From the NCBI RefSeq assembly GCF_001194135.2, contig NC_068983.1, positions 167,428,335 through 167,492,334 on the forward strand: DNA of 64,000 bases, in the 5' to 3' direction. Under the pieces are notes generated by a model, which had not been told where the DNA came from, did not search any database, and saw only the letters and a list, made by a program, of their open reading frames with translations. Position numbers and translations under genes: made by a program. Position 1 is the first letter of the stretch. Each line of letters opens with the position of its first letter. The DNA is from Octopus bimaculoides. Its lineage: Eukaryota. This document shows positions 35,330 through 48,841 of the stretch, piece after piece.

Positions 35330-36910
35330 AGTAGCTCCGACCATCCAAAAACAATGGATTGTAATCCTTCACACAGTGACAAAGCTCTTCTCAATATGTT
35401 TGATGTTCCAACAATGTTTTGCACTTCTTGCAGGGATGGTAAGCCAGGGGTCGTTCTCAAATAATTTTCAGTTCCTTTTTAAATATTCTTTGTGTTCGTA
35501 CAATCACTGGTATTATAACTGCCTTCAGATATCACATTTTTTTCAATTTCAATCTGCAAATCTTTATACTTTCTGAGTTTTTGTTAAATTATTTTGCTGA
35601 GATATTATGATCGCAAAGAATATTCATGTCAATCAATAAACAGACTTTATGTTTTGGTCTTTCACAACAATATCCATTTTATCAGCTTTGATGGTTCTGT
35701 CTATATGTACTGGAAAGTCCCAAAGAACCGTTTCATTTTCTCCCTCAGTTACAAAATCAAAGTGGTGTTTATGTTAATTGCCAGCAGATTTGATTTCATG
35801 ATGCCAGCATATCAACCAGTGTAGATGTTGGTCAACTCCATCATGTCTTGATTTGTACTCTAATGGTGCTAAAACTTTACATTCACAGATTAAGTGGTAC
35901 ACTGTTTCAATCTTATCTCTTATTGTGTATATGAAATGAAGAAAAGCTTCCTGGGAATGTGGGTGGTTGATATCAACACAATTTTTTGAGTCTCATAGAT
36001 TGTTGATTTCCAAGGGATCTGATCAAAATACCTTTCCCGATCATTCTCAGGGCACCTACAACAACAGGGATGGTTTTGGTTTTTAATTGCCATGTCTTAG
36101 ATATTTCAAACTCAAGATCCTTATATTTTGACAGTTTTTCAAATTCTTTTGCTGAGATGTTTCTATCAGTAGGTACTGTCATTTCAATTAACAGACATGT
36201 TTCTTGTCTTAGGTCTTTGATGATAATGTCTGGCATGTTAGTATTTATTTGCCTGTCTGTATGTCTCCCATAGGATAGTAACATTAGCTCTCTCAGTGAT
36301 TGGCTCTGGATGGTGTTCATACAAGTTCTTAAGATATCGGTGACAGCATACACTCCAGTGCAAGTGTTGGCCAGCTTGACCATACTTGGGTTTATATTCT
36401 GTAGGGACAAGGACTGAGCAGCCAGCAACAATGTGGTCACTACCCTCAAGTTTGTCATTGTAGAGCCTACACTTTGTGTCTACCTCATTGTGTGTGACAT
36501 TAGCTTGATAGTCCCAAGTGAGGAGACTCTGATCTTGTGCTGCTAGGATAAATCCTTCTGTTTTGTCTTTCAAACCAACACCCTGCAGCCACTGGCAAGT
36601 TCTTTTCCTATCTACATCAGCTTCCCCAGCTCGTTTGGGGTATTGTCCATGCAATGGTTTTCCTTCCAGTCTTGATATTTCCTTTTGTCTTAAAATTTTT
36701 TTGCAGCCTTACTGGCTGGTATGTCTTCCTTATACCCTGTTCTGTTAAGTTCATTTGTAAGGGTTATTGGGTATAATTGGAGATTTGTATTCCACACTGA
36801 CATGTTGGGCCTCAGGAAATTTGAGATCACAAGAGAAATTTTGAAGATATCCAACAATTTCAAGATCCATGAATGCAATATACTGTCAAAGGTCTTTTTA
36901 AAATCAATCT
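35330..36910 (-). mobile_element. Two adjacent R4/Dong-like LINE C-terminal fragments (zinc knuckle and REL endonuclease)
   Basis: MHGQY...LKDKTEGFILAAQDQSL...KCRL...HIVAGC; NMPDIIIKD...LLIEMTVP...KLSKYKDL...IPVVVGALG-like. A second LWDFPVHIDRTIKADKMDIVVKD occurs at about 35700. Confidence 0.8.
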
Positions 36911-36923
36911 ATGCAGAATAGAG

Positions 36924-36954
36924 ATTATTATTGTTATTATTGTTATTATTATTG

Positions 36955-37012
<58 letters not shown>
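36924..37012. repeat. (ATT)n microsatellite
   Basis: Read directly from the sequence. Confidence 0.95.
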
Positions 37013-37013
<1 letters not shown>

Positions 37014-37729
37014 TGCAGAAAAGGGAGATTGTGAAGGCTGAAATGGCAGGAAATTGTTGATTTGTTATCTCCCTTTTTTTCTTTGTTTTTTTTCCATTGA
37101 TTTGACCTTTTCAACTAGTTTAGCAAAATATTAATGACACTTCAACGGCTTCAATAAGCTACTTTAATCATTTAATCAGCTATTAATACTCGAGGTACAA
37201 GGACTTTAATCTAACACACATTCAGTTGAGTTTGTACTTCTCAGAGAAAGTGAGAGAGTGTGTATCCTACATTCATATATATTATGTGTGTGTGCGTGCG
37301 CATGTGTTGGTAGACACTAAATATCCAAAAAGCTATGACAAAGACATTGAAATGTTGCCTTAGAAATATTTAATGAGTTCTGATAGTAATTAAATAATTA
37401 TGAGATAACATTTCAATATTTTCTTTGCTATTATTTTTGATATTTGATGTTCTGCTGACTTTACTCTCATCTTCTACAATTGACTGGCTTCCTACATTGT
37501 CTGTGAAATGTTTCAAGCAAACTATGTTACACCATATACATACATACATGCACACATACAAACAAACACACATACATACACACACACATACATACACACA
37601 CACATACATACACACTCACATACATACATATATATACACACATACATACATACATAGGAACAGGAAATATCAACCAAGTACCTGATGCATAAAAGGGATT
37701 GAGATGCGGGAAAAGCCATAAAATGTGAC

Positions 37730-38235
37730 AACCAAAGCAGACTTTGTGGAGTTCACACTGAAGATATCACCCATACCATCATAAGCAGTTGTCTGAAAAT
37801 GTCATCACCGTATTATCTACCAATGAGACATGATGTTGTAGCTAGGACACTCTATAAGGAAATCCATTGGAAGGATAATCCCAAGGACAAAGAAATAAGA
37901 AACCACAGTATGGTAGAAGCTATAGCCAGTCATAATGAAAAGGAATACTAGTGGAATGTCCCAATGAAAACCTCAATAAAATGTAAGCACAACAGACCTG
38001 ATATAATGATTTGGGATAGAGAAGAGAAACTGTGCACAGTTGTGGAAATTATCTGGCCAGCGGATGTTAACATAAAGCTGAAGATCAGTGAAAAAGAGAA
38101 CACCTATGCTGAACTATTGAGAAATCTGCAGTTACTCTATCCAGATTACAAGTTCAGGTTTATACCTGTAATTACTGGGGCCCTGGAATATGTTACACAC
38201 TGCCTAAATACCAATCTTGAGAAATTAGGCTTCTG
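37730..38235 (+). mobile_element. R4/Dong-like LINE REL endonuclease fragment
   Basis: HNRPDIMIWDRE...VVEI...KENTYAEL...FIPVITGAL. Confidence 0.8.
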
Positions 38236-38339
38236 CATCATCTTGCTATAAAAGCAGGTAGTAATTGCACTTTGTCCTTATTCTTAGTACAAGTTTTGAA
38301 GAGTGCAGTTCGAGTTTAACAGTTGTTTTTTCAAAGCTA

Positions 38340-38885
38340 TAATGGAAATGACAAAGGACCATATTCGGTATATTTTGCTTTATGAGTTCAATAAAGGCAA
38401 CAACACAACGGAAAGTGTGAGGAATATTAACGCAGTATATGGGGATTGGACAATAAGCATAAGCCAGTGTCAATGGTAGTTCCAGAAATTAGAACTTAGA
38501 AGATGAGCCTCATCCTGAAAGATCGACGAGGATGTCCTGCAAACCCTACTGGAACAAAATTCCATCGTAACTGTTGAACTAGCAGAGAAGCTTGGATTTC
38601 AACCATTCATCGATACCTGTGTGCCATTAGAAAAGTCTGCAAATTGGGTCAATGGGTTCCTCTGAATGTGTGCTCTTCTTTGCTGTCATGTCTCATGAAC
38701 GAACTTTTTTTGGACCGAATGGTGACTGGTGACAAGAAACAGGTTCTCTATAAAAATGTCAAGTGCCGAAGACAGTGGGTAGAGAAAAGAGAAACACTGG
38801 CACCTCAGGTTAAAGAAGGTCTTCCCCAATGTAAGGCGTTGTTATCTGTTGGGTGGGATATGAAAAGTTTAGTCCACTTTGAACT
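38340..38885 (+). mobile_element. Mariner transposase N-terminal fragment, degraded
   Basis: MTKDHIRYILLYEFNKG...FLDRMVTGDKKQVLYKN...LSVGWD. Confidence 0.8.
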
Positions 38886-38919
38886 TACTCCTCTCCATCA
38901 TTACGATTAAAATAAATTG

Positions 38920-39484
38920 TTTTGTGTGCAAGGGAGATGACTGTGCTGGTAACAGTGGAAGGAGCCCATGGCAGAGGGAGACCCAGGAAGACATGGGATG
39001 AGGTGGTGAAGCATGACCTTCAAACGTTGGGCTTCACAGAGGCAATGGCAAAAGACCAAGACCACTGGAGACATGCTGTGATTGGGAAGACCTGGCAAAT
39101 AAAGTGAGTTTACAGCTGTAACTTACACCAGTGTCACATAACCAGTCCATTTAAAAAAGTACTTTTGAATTGTCAGGCGACATGCCGAGCTTGAGGAAAC
39201 CTATTGAGTCAAGTAAAATAAAAAATCAAATCAAATCACAATCAAATGGAAACTGTTGTTGTGGCTGATACCAGTGCCACCTGACTGGCTCCCATGCTGG
39301 TGGCATGTAATAAGCACCATGCATGCATGGGTCGTTGCCAGTTCCACGTGACTGGATCCCTGTGCCAGTGGCACATAAAAAGCGCCATCTGAATATGGTT
39401 GATGCTCCGACAACTAACAACTGATGCCGGCAGTTTGTTCCATTCTTCAGCAACTCTTAGCGTGAAAAAGGGTTTCCGAAAGTC

Positions 39485-39515
<31 letters not shown>

Positions 39516-39720
39516 CCAGTACCGCCTGACTGGCCTTCGTGCGGGTGACACGTAAAAGCACCCACTACACTCTCTGAGTGGTTGGCGTTAGGAAGGGCAT
39601 CCAGTTGTAGAAACTCTGCCAAATCAGATTGTAGCCATCTGGTTTCACCAGTCCTCAGTCAAATCATCTAACCCATGCTAGCATGGAAAGCGGACGGTAA
39701 ACGATGATGATGATGATGAT
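38920..39720 (+). mobile_element. RTE LINE ORF end plus interrupted 3'UTR
   Basis: GRGRPRKTWDEVVKHDL...WRHAV, then 3'UTR modules and a (GAT)n tail. Confidence 0.8.
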
Positions 39721-39721
39721 G

Positions 39722-39758
<37 letters not shown>

Positions 39759-40270
39759 TGCACATATATGTATATATACAAGTATACACTGACACACACA
39801 ATCTGAAAATTAAAGGATGAAGATCAATTTATATTTCAATCCTAAAAGTTGAGTTATTCTTTTGCATGAAGTATGGATGTATGTGTGCATATCTGTGTAA
39901 ATATGCATCAATCTCGTAATGTGTTTTTAAGGTTGCAGAAGCGACCTACTTACAATTTGACACGGGTAATTAACCACATTGGATTTACGTATAAAGTTAA
40001 TTCATCTGCTCTGAATATCCCTCAGTGAGCTGGTGAGAGAGTGGGTAGTGGTGGGGCTATGCTTTTAACACTAAAACTTCCTGTGACCCTCAATTATATA
40101 ATGATGCTAACCACATTTCCTAAGATGAGTAAAAATGTTAATCTCAAAATATATTTAATTACTAACTGAAATATTTCTTGATCACTAAGAAACCCATCCT
40201 GTTATTTTGTATCATCTTTTTTTTTTTTATTATTATTATCTTTCATGATGTTATATATTAGTTTTATCAG

Positions 40271-40373
40271 GAAAGGTCACGAGAATCGTTTATTTCCTAT
40301 TTAAAGACACTTCCTTTGCAGACTATCCGTAATTATGGTGAGACTCCATTTTCACTTCGGATGACCAATAAAG
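40271..40373 (+). CDS. Putative coding exon of an unidentified gene (ERSRESFISYLKTLPLQTIRNYGETPFSLRMTNK)
   Basis: Acceptor gttttatcag|, open phase-0 frame in non-repeat DNA, donor AAG|gtgaaa. The frame stays open to an alternative donor at 40440. Confidence 0.4.
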
Positions 40374-41769
40374 GTGAAAAAAAGACCTGGAATGATCTCT
40401 TGTTCTTGCTAGAAGAACCAGCAAATAATAACTTGCAATGTTAGTTTTTTAATGTTTCAAATATTTTACATGATTTCACCCTCTTAACTTTCAATGAATG
40501 TCTGATGGAGTTTCATGGCAAAGTTGTCTATAGCAAATATAATTGTAAAACACATTGTTACAAAGATGCTAGACCAAATGACATCTAATCACACATTATC
40601 AATAATTATATATAATCAATAATCAAAATTAATGTGTGATTAGTCTTTATTGGATTCAGCTGAAAAATAAGGCATCGTTAAACAACTCGATCCACAAATA
40701 AAAACCTATTTGCAGAGATGTTAGTATGCCACCATGTGCCATTGTATTTGGGAAAGAGCAGAGTTTCACAGCCTATGACCTTTGCAATAGATCATCACTA
40801 TCATCATCATCATCACCACCATTATCCTTCTCACTGTCATCATTGTCCTCATCCTCCTCTTCCTTCTCCTCTCCTCTTTGTCCTCCCTCTCCTTCTCCTC
40901 TTCATCCTCCATTCCCTCTCCCCTCCTCTTTTTCTTCTCCTCCTCTTCTCCCTCCCCCTCCTCCTCTTCTAGAAATAATAGAGAGCTTGACCGGATATTA
41001 TTTTTACTGAATCTAACTTATATCTTACACTTCTGAATCCATATGCTGGCATTTGCCTTTTCAGAGCTGATTAAAATCACAAACACACAGAGAACTTGGT
41101 TTTACATATCAATATGTTTAGAGAGTCTGAACTTGTCTAGTTTGCGTATTATTAGATAAATATCCTCAAGAGAATAAAGGCAACATATTCAAGTGTTAAA
41201 AGAAAATGAAAAAATGAAAAAAGGAACTGGAGATGATCAAGTTGATAGAGTGTTGTTTTATCGACCAAGAGTTAGTGATTTATTTACTGCTGCTGCTGGC
41301 ACATAGCTGTCTTTCTGGCCAATGTATTGGAAAGCACAATTCATCAGTGCAAGCAGCCAACTCACCGTATGGTTGGTTGGTTGTTGAATTTAATGTGTGA
41401 ATTTGGTGAGGATAGATTTGACTAGGAGACATTTTTATCATTATTACTTCATGAAACATCTCCGATGACTGAGCATTGTCTAATAACCTGATATAACTGA
41501 AAATGCTTGTTTAAATTGTTTTACTTTCCAACAGTTTCTTTTAAACTCTGATTAATATTGCCTTCAGATATAATATTCATATTTTGTATGTTGCTATGTG
41601 AAATTATAGTTATCTTCAATTGCATTTATCTTAACAATGCTACAATCTATGCTTAACACCGGGCCTGAAACTATTGTTCATAGAATCCAAATCATGAGCT
41701 CAGTTGTTGGTCAAAAATTCAAAACTAATCTCCGTGGCAAGTCTGCTTTGCAATAAACAGAAGACATGT

Positions 41770-42620
41770 TTATTGCTATGGATGTTTACAATTTACATCT
41801 TAATGTCAACGGAATGTATGAAAGAAGGAAGACTTAGGAAGTTACAGGAAAAAAAGTGTTCGAGATCAACTTCAAGGAGCTGAACCCCATGAAGAAAATG
41901 ACAAGGAACCATACTGATGGTATACCCAGTGTATGCTATGGACACACAAGAGGTACGGTGGAATAATAGGAAAGTTATCATTGAAGGTAGTGTTCCTATG
42001 CACAAGTGCCTTGAAAATTACAGATACTCAGGAAATTGATTTTCTCAAATGCTCTGGAGGCTCTTTAGAGGTAGTGGATAATTTCTGCTTTTTAGGGACC
42101 AAATTAGTAGTGAAGGAGGATGTATGGAGAATGTAATACCTAGAATAAGAATAGGATGGAGAAAATTCAGAGAGCTTTCACCTCTGTTGGTAACCAAAGG
42201 TCCCTCTTTCTCTCTCTGAGTGAAAGGAAAATTGTATCATGTTTGTGTATGATTAGCAATGCTACATGGTAGTGAGATGTGGGCCTTGAATACAGAAGAC
42301 ATGCGAAGGCTAGAGAGGAACGAAACTGGTATGCTCTGCTCTGATGTGTAAATGTCATTGTACATGTTCAACAGAGTGCTTGTGTAGTGAGAGAGAAGTT
42401 GGGCATATGAAGAATTAGGTGCAGTGTGCAAGAGAAAAGATTGTGCTGGTTTGGTCATGTGATGCAGATCGATGTGGTCAGTTGCATACAGAAGTGCTGG
42501 TCACTTAAAGTGGATGGAACTCATGGATGAGAGAGACCCAGGAAGACATGGGATGAAGCACTGAAGGAGAACCTCAGGATGCTGAACCTTTTTGATAAGA
42601 TGACAAAGGACCAAAATATT
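41770..42620 (+). mobile_element. RTE LINE C-terminal fragment
   Basis: SLEVVDNFCFLG, RIRIGWRKFREL, MLHGSEMWAL, WFGHVM, RPRKTWDE. Confidence 0.85.
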
Positions 42621-44046
42621 TGGCATTTTACTCAAGAAGACCCATCCTCCACTGCAGAAGTGTTAAGGCCACATTCCCTGGTGAAGGGGGTTGGCCTGCT
42701 AGAGTTCTATATTCTTATTATTATGGCCGGGTTCCAACCCAGGCTGCAGCACCAAAGTCCACCCACTACACTTCTTGTTTCGTCATCACTGCCTCGAGGT
42801 CCTGGATATATTTCAGGCCAGTATCTACAATCAAGTTGTTGATGTGTGATGATGTTTTCTTCTTCTTATATCACCATGAAGTGGGTTCCACAAGATTAAT
42901 TTGGATGCTTCCTGTTTAGGATGGTGCACATAGTGAGTAGGTAGTTGCAGTCATCTTTGTCTGATCTTCTCACTACCTCTTGTCAGGTCTCCATAAAGGC
43001 ATTCATTTGTCATATGTTGCTGCCACTTCACATTTAGGGCCCTTTATGGCATCCTCGTGCAGCATCCAGATGAGATAGCAAAGGACCAAAATTCCTGGCA
43101 CCTTGCTGTACTCAAGAAGCCCCATACTTCACAGCAGAAGTGTCAAGACTACTCTGTCTGGTGAAGAGGAGTGACTTGTAACAATCCCGTGCCGATGCCA
43201 GGTAAAAAGCATTCAGGGTGGTGCCACGTAAAAGCACCCAGTCCACACTCTGTAAAGTGGTTGGCATTAGGAAGGGCATCCAGCCATAGAAACCATGCTG
43301 AATCAGACTGGGTCCTGGTGCAGCTCCCTAGCTTGCCAGCTCTGGTCAAACCGTCCAACCCATGCCAGCACGGTCAACAAATACATTGATTTCTTCCCCT
43401 TCTTTCTTCTTGTTCACACAAATTACTGCTGCGTTCCATTCTTCTTCTTTTCATTGCCCTGTTCCCCTCCACACACACACACAGCTAACACCTAGTTACC
43501 AATCACTCTCTGTCTCGCTTCCATTGCTCCATCTCACACTGCTCTATTTGCTTTGTCTCCTCCATCAAACTAATACTCTTTTATTCTCCCCTTCTGTTCC
43601 ATCTGCTTTGAACGTGCAGAGACAACTTTGAGTAGAAATGACTTGTTTCACCTTCCATGAGACAATGCAATCTCTCTCTGGTTTTGGTGTGATGATGAAA
43701 GGTATCCAGCACCCAGGCAAAGGGGTTTGCAAATGGACAGAGACAATATAGCTGTAGAGAGGAGTGTTTAACCTTACCCAGGAGATGATACCCTCTGTCA
43801 CTCTGGTGCCGGTGCCATGATAAAATGCATCCAGTAAACTTTGTAAAGTGGTTAGTGTTAGGAAGAGAATCCAAAGCACAGAGATCATTCCATCTGAATT
43901 AATGAATAAAATGTGTCTCCTTCACACTTCTAAGAAGGCAGTAAATCTAAAGTTAACTTGGACTGCGAGAACCTGCCCAGCCTGTGCCATCCAGAAAATG
44001 GACACAAAATGATGATGATAATGATGGTGGTGGCGATGTTGACAAT

Positions 44047-44077
<31 letters not shown>

Positions 44078-45621
44078 CTGCTGCTGTTGATGATGGTGAT
44101 GAATGATTTCTGATTGCTTTGGAAGTGTTTATTTTGATATTTGGTTCTATTTAAGTTGGCAGTGAACTAAACAGTAGCATTTTGCCAGTGTAAAGTCACA
44201 CACACACACACACACACAAATAAATATATTCCACATCCCCCAGAAAAAGAAGCATTTGGAAAGGAACAAAACTCCAGCAAGATATTGGTGATATTTCCTT
44301 TGATAAAAACAAATTATTTGTTGTATCTTTATCATAAACTCTTTTCCAACACTTGGTCACTATCTCTCTCTCTCTCACACATACACAGCACTAAAAAAAC
44401 TGATATCTGCACAAATTAGATCGAGAGATCAATAGTATAAAATTGGATTAATATGCATACATATAGATTTGACTTCTTTAGTTTTAGTTTCCACAACCAG
44501 ATGATGGCAAAGGGCCAGGAAGTATTACTCTTTCTATTATCTGATTCACTGACCATTTTACATTCCAGTCAATAAGTGATGCCAAGGTTTTTAAGGTTGT
44601 TTCCAGCAGTAAATTTCCATTATGTTTGCGGTCATCCATTGAACAGCCAATTGACAGAGACCAAGATGTGTGTCTCTTGTTATGAATTAACCCCAGTTCA
44701 GTCCTGGTTGCGTAGACCGAGGATCAAAGTTGTTATAGCTCTAATCATTCTTGTTTCTTCCTGCATTTTTCTTTTTTTTTTTTTTCAAAATGTTAGGGTC
44801 ATGAGTACTGTTGAACCAGTCTGGTTATCATCATTGATAACAACATGTCTTTGAGTTCAAGCTCATGGTAGGTGTGTCACTGTTCTTTGGCAGCACACTT
44901 AATTTATCAAGCTTAATGAGAATAGCTACAACTACAGACAAACCTTGGCTGGAATAGAGTGGCTTCCTATACACAGAAATAACTAATTGTCACTCACTGA
45001 ACACCCTGCAAAATATCAGGACGAAGCACTAACCTTTAAAAGACTTTGGGGGTTTATGAATCCCTTTTAGACAGAATCTCAGCAATTTTCTGAAATTTGG
45101 GGGTGTAGAGCCACCATATAGAAGTTGGAATGGCAGAATGCAAAAAACATTTGAAAAATATCTGGTGATGTTTACTTACATATCTTTACATTCTGAGTTC
45201 AAACTCTACCCAGGCTGATCTTGCTTTCTTCCTTCTGAGGTCAACAAGGTCAAGTACTGCAGCTGATTAAATCAACTGTAATTTTGAAGATGGTATACCA
45301 ATGGCATCTACAAATCACTAAAGGAAAGAAATAAAATAATAAATTAATTTACAGTCTCCGACAGCTTGTTGATATCAGACAAAACTTATGGATGTTGATG
45401 TAATTGTTCTTCTCATATTCTAAATGTTGGTTATTTTGTAAATGCATCATTTCTCTTTGGTTAGAACTTGGATTTTGCTAATTTAATTGTTCTTCCAATA
45501 TCCATTAAGTCTATTTTTTAATTGGTGAACAGCCTCACCCAAGAAGTTAAAAAAAAGCAAGACAAATCAGATAACATCAAGAAACATAAAAGAAGCCCAA
45601 AATTTAGTATTTTTTTTAAAG

Positions 45622-45670
45622 AGGTTTTCGAGGAAGTTGTGCTGTTCTTATGTTTCGGAGTCGTAACGAT
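45622..45670 (+). CDS. Putative 49-nt exon (xVFEEVVLFLCFGVVT), first half of a TM helix
   Basis: Acceptor tttttttaaag| and perfect donor |gtaagt. Phase matches the exon at 46533. Confidence 0.45.
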
Positions 45671-46532
45671 GTAAGTGATGCCATTCCGACAGGCAATCAG
45701 TGTCTTTTCATTCTGAGAGGGCTCACAGTTTACAAAGAAGATGGTTATAGGTTTGTTAATCATTGTTTTACTACAAAATGGTTAGATCGACAAGATGTTG
45801 GTGAAAATTGAGTGAAATAAGAACCACAAGGAGGATTTTTGATCAATGCATCAAATTAGAGACAATTTTCTTGTTGACGTGTATATTTCTGCCAACACAT
45901 GCACAACATATTCATATATTTATGTTCATACAAACACACATATATGCTTACATACATACAGAATGCATACATACATTTTTACATACATAGGGTGTGAACT
46001 GAAAGAGATTTGGTTATTATTTCTAGCAGGTAAGTGACTATATAGATACAGTCACTGTTTTAAAAAGTGATTTGTAATTTAAAGAAGACATTTTCTCAAC
46101 AACCAAGGTATCCTCACCTACACATTCACAGCATCGTCCCAGTTATTAATTTACAAATTAATATAAGGCTATGTATATTTTGTGTTTCATATCATTCTGA
46201 TCCCTCTGTTTTGGTAAAGCTGGGGGATTGAACCAGGAACCAAGTAGTTGCAAATTGACTTTCTTCTTCACCACCACAGTAATGCTTGCATCCTTACACA
46301 AATGTAAGAACTTGCCAAGAACTAAATTCTATTTTACAACCTTTATAAATAATTCTTTCTAATTTAGACACAAGCCTAGCAATGTGAAGAGGAGTTGATA
46401 CAATCGACCCTAAAAAAGATATATATTTGTTATGTTAATTCTTAGTTGTGTACATGTGTAAGAATTCCATCAAATTTAAAGTGTTGGTGTTAGAAATATA
46501 TATTTCATAAATGAAATCAGAAGCTCTTTCAG

Positions 46533-46602
46533 TTTTGCGGTTGGAATTACTTTTCCTTTACTTTTGTCTTTAATGATCCGGAGAGTGAAAAAGATGTCAT
46601 AG
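46533..46602 (+). CDS. Putative terminal exon (FAVGITFPLLLSLMIRRVKKMS*), TM end with KKxx motif
   Basis: Acceptor gctctttcag|. Joined to 45622-45670 it gives a 27-aa hydrophobic run followed by RRVKKMS*. Confidence 0.45.
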
Positions 46603-47820
46603 CTTTAAGAGTTAATTCTACTGAAAAGTAATCTTGTAATCTTCTAAGAAACAGTGGCGCTCGTATAGTGTGGTAAGTCTACCACACTATCTGTATAGTC
46701 TTACTGATGCCAATCAATGAATCAATCATCTCTTTGATTTGATCTTATAAAAAGGATAATCAAAGGATATTAATATCCACCAAAAGATCAAGCTGAGAAT
46801 ATCTCAAAACACCTTTTACCTGTGATCAAAGGTATCCAGTTGTGACTGTGAAAATGCCATTTTTGTTTAAGGTATAATGCACCCAGGACTATATTATCCT
46901 GGGAACCCATAACTCCTCCCTGCTTTTGTTTTGAGTCAGTAGGGTGTGACTTGAAAGAGATTGACTGTTATCTCTGGCAGATTGAGTGACAATGTAGATA
47001 ATACAGTTACTGTTTTATTATAAAGTGATTTGTGATTTAAAGTAGGAGATACATTCTCAACAACCTAAATGTACAATCTGGTATTGGTTCTTTATTAGAA
47101 CCATTTTACTTCACTGAATATCAACATTGGAAAGAGATAGCCACAACTCCTTCCTGTATTGCTTCTCAATGACATCGTAGTTTTATGCAATTACAGTTTA
47201 GACAAGCAGATAAACTGCTCTGTCCGTCGACAGTAGCCTAAACCTGTAAATCTATTGATTTTTCAAACAATACAAATGAGAACAACTAAGATTAAATCAA
47301 TAACAACTAAGAAGCATGAGATTTATTTCACGGAAAGAAGATGGGAGATTGCTTTTGTCTGCACCATTCAAAGACATAAAATTACATTGAAAAAAAAGAA
47401 ATGAAATTAATTTAACCAGGGATTGAAACTAATTCATAACCTTTTGCTTAAAAGGAAAAAAATTGGTCGAGAAGTGAACATATTTGAAAGTTATCCTGTG
47501 CCATCTTAAGGCAAAGGAGTACACTAGGCAGTTGCTTGTGGGCCACACAGGTCAAAGGGCCTAATGCTAATCTATTTATGTTGTTGCTGTTGTGTATGTA
47601 AGGGGCCTCCATATGTTGCTATTGCTTTGCCTGGGAACCAATAATTCTGTTAAAACAATCCTGAAATTATCATCCCGTATTGGTAAGAAAAAAATCAGTT
47701 TTGTATTCCATCAACAATTTTCAGAGGCAGGCTTACTATGAGGAAGCAACATAAATGAAATATAACAATCTTGGTGTATAACACACTGTTTTCAATTATG
47801 CATACTTAAGCTTCCCTTGG

Positions 47821-47872
<52 letters not shown>

Positions 47873-47878
47873 TAATAA
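47821..47878. repeat. (AAT)n microsatellite
   Basis: Read directly from the sequence. Confidence 0.95.
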
Positions 47879-47961
47879 TCTGTAATTTAAATATGATGAA
47901 ATAATTGTTTCTAATAACTGAAATAATTATTTTCAATAATAGTAATAATAAAATAACAATA

Positions 47962-48841
47962 TGGAGTCTAATCAATAAGTATCCGGACTGCTGCTATAGT
48001 AACAAAGCTAAAGCACGCAGAGTGAAGCTGCTTGACACAGATTGACTTTGGACTCTACTGTGCATGCACACTAAGTTTTAACGTTCTAGTTCACTTCCGC
48101 TATTTACAGCACTGCTTGGAAGGAAGGTGTGTAGCATGTGATCATTGCATTGACCATGACAGAGAAAGTTGTCATGGCGATACCTGCTCAGAGGCCTACG
48201 TAAAGTTGCAGAGAGTGTATGGAGAGGAGTGTATGAGCTGCACACAAGTGTACGAGTGGTTCAGACGTTTCCAAGATGGCCGAAAAAATGTTGATAGTGA
48301 CGAACGTTCTGGGAGACCCACAACAAGCAGAACTGAGTAAAACATTGATGTGTGTGCAGCTGTGAGGGGAAATCGTCGAATCACCAGCTGTGAGTTTTTA
48401 GGGGATGTGCCAATTAGTTGCAGTTCAGTTCAGTCCATTATCACTGAAGATTTGGGTATGAGACGTGTGCCTGCCAAGTTTATGACAAAACTGCTTTCAG
48501 CTGACCAAGAAGACACTCAGGTTTCAGTTGTGCAAGATCTCCTTGATTGTGTTGAGAACGATGAAAACTTTGTGTGGGCCTCTGAGCAAGTATCGGCAAA
48601 TTTTTGGCAAAATATAATGTAGATTTTCTGCTCAACTTTCTCTGTCATGGTCAATGCAACAATCCCCTGCTACACACATTCCTTCCGAGCATTGCTGTAA
48701 AGAGCAGAAGTAAGCTAGAATGTTAAAACTCAGTGCACATGCCCAGCAGAGTTCAAGGTCGATCTGTACCTAGTAGCTTCACTCTGTGTGCTTTAGCTTC
48801 ATTACTATGGCAACAGTCCAGATACTTATTGATCAGACCAT
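47962..48841. mobile_element. Fold-back mariner derivative built from two inverted 5' ends (~240-270 bp arms)
   Basis: Left arm 47962-48202 and right arm 48572-48841 are reverse-complementary and both contain the transposase start MTEKV. The interior encodes a degraded HTH region (VYEWFRRFQDGR...DERSGRP). Confidence 0.85.

Noticed and set aside
44501-44521. 21-nt micro-exon (YDGKGPGK) that could join 40439 to 45622
   Set aside because: Weak donor (gtatta). Phase compatibility alone is not evidence.
47099-47172. Short frame PFYFTEYQHWKEIATTPSCIASQ* after a tattAG
   Set aside because: A possible alternative last exon, but unsupported by a strong pyrimidine tract or homology.
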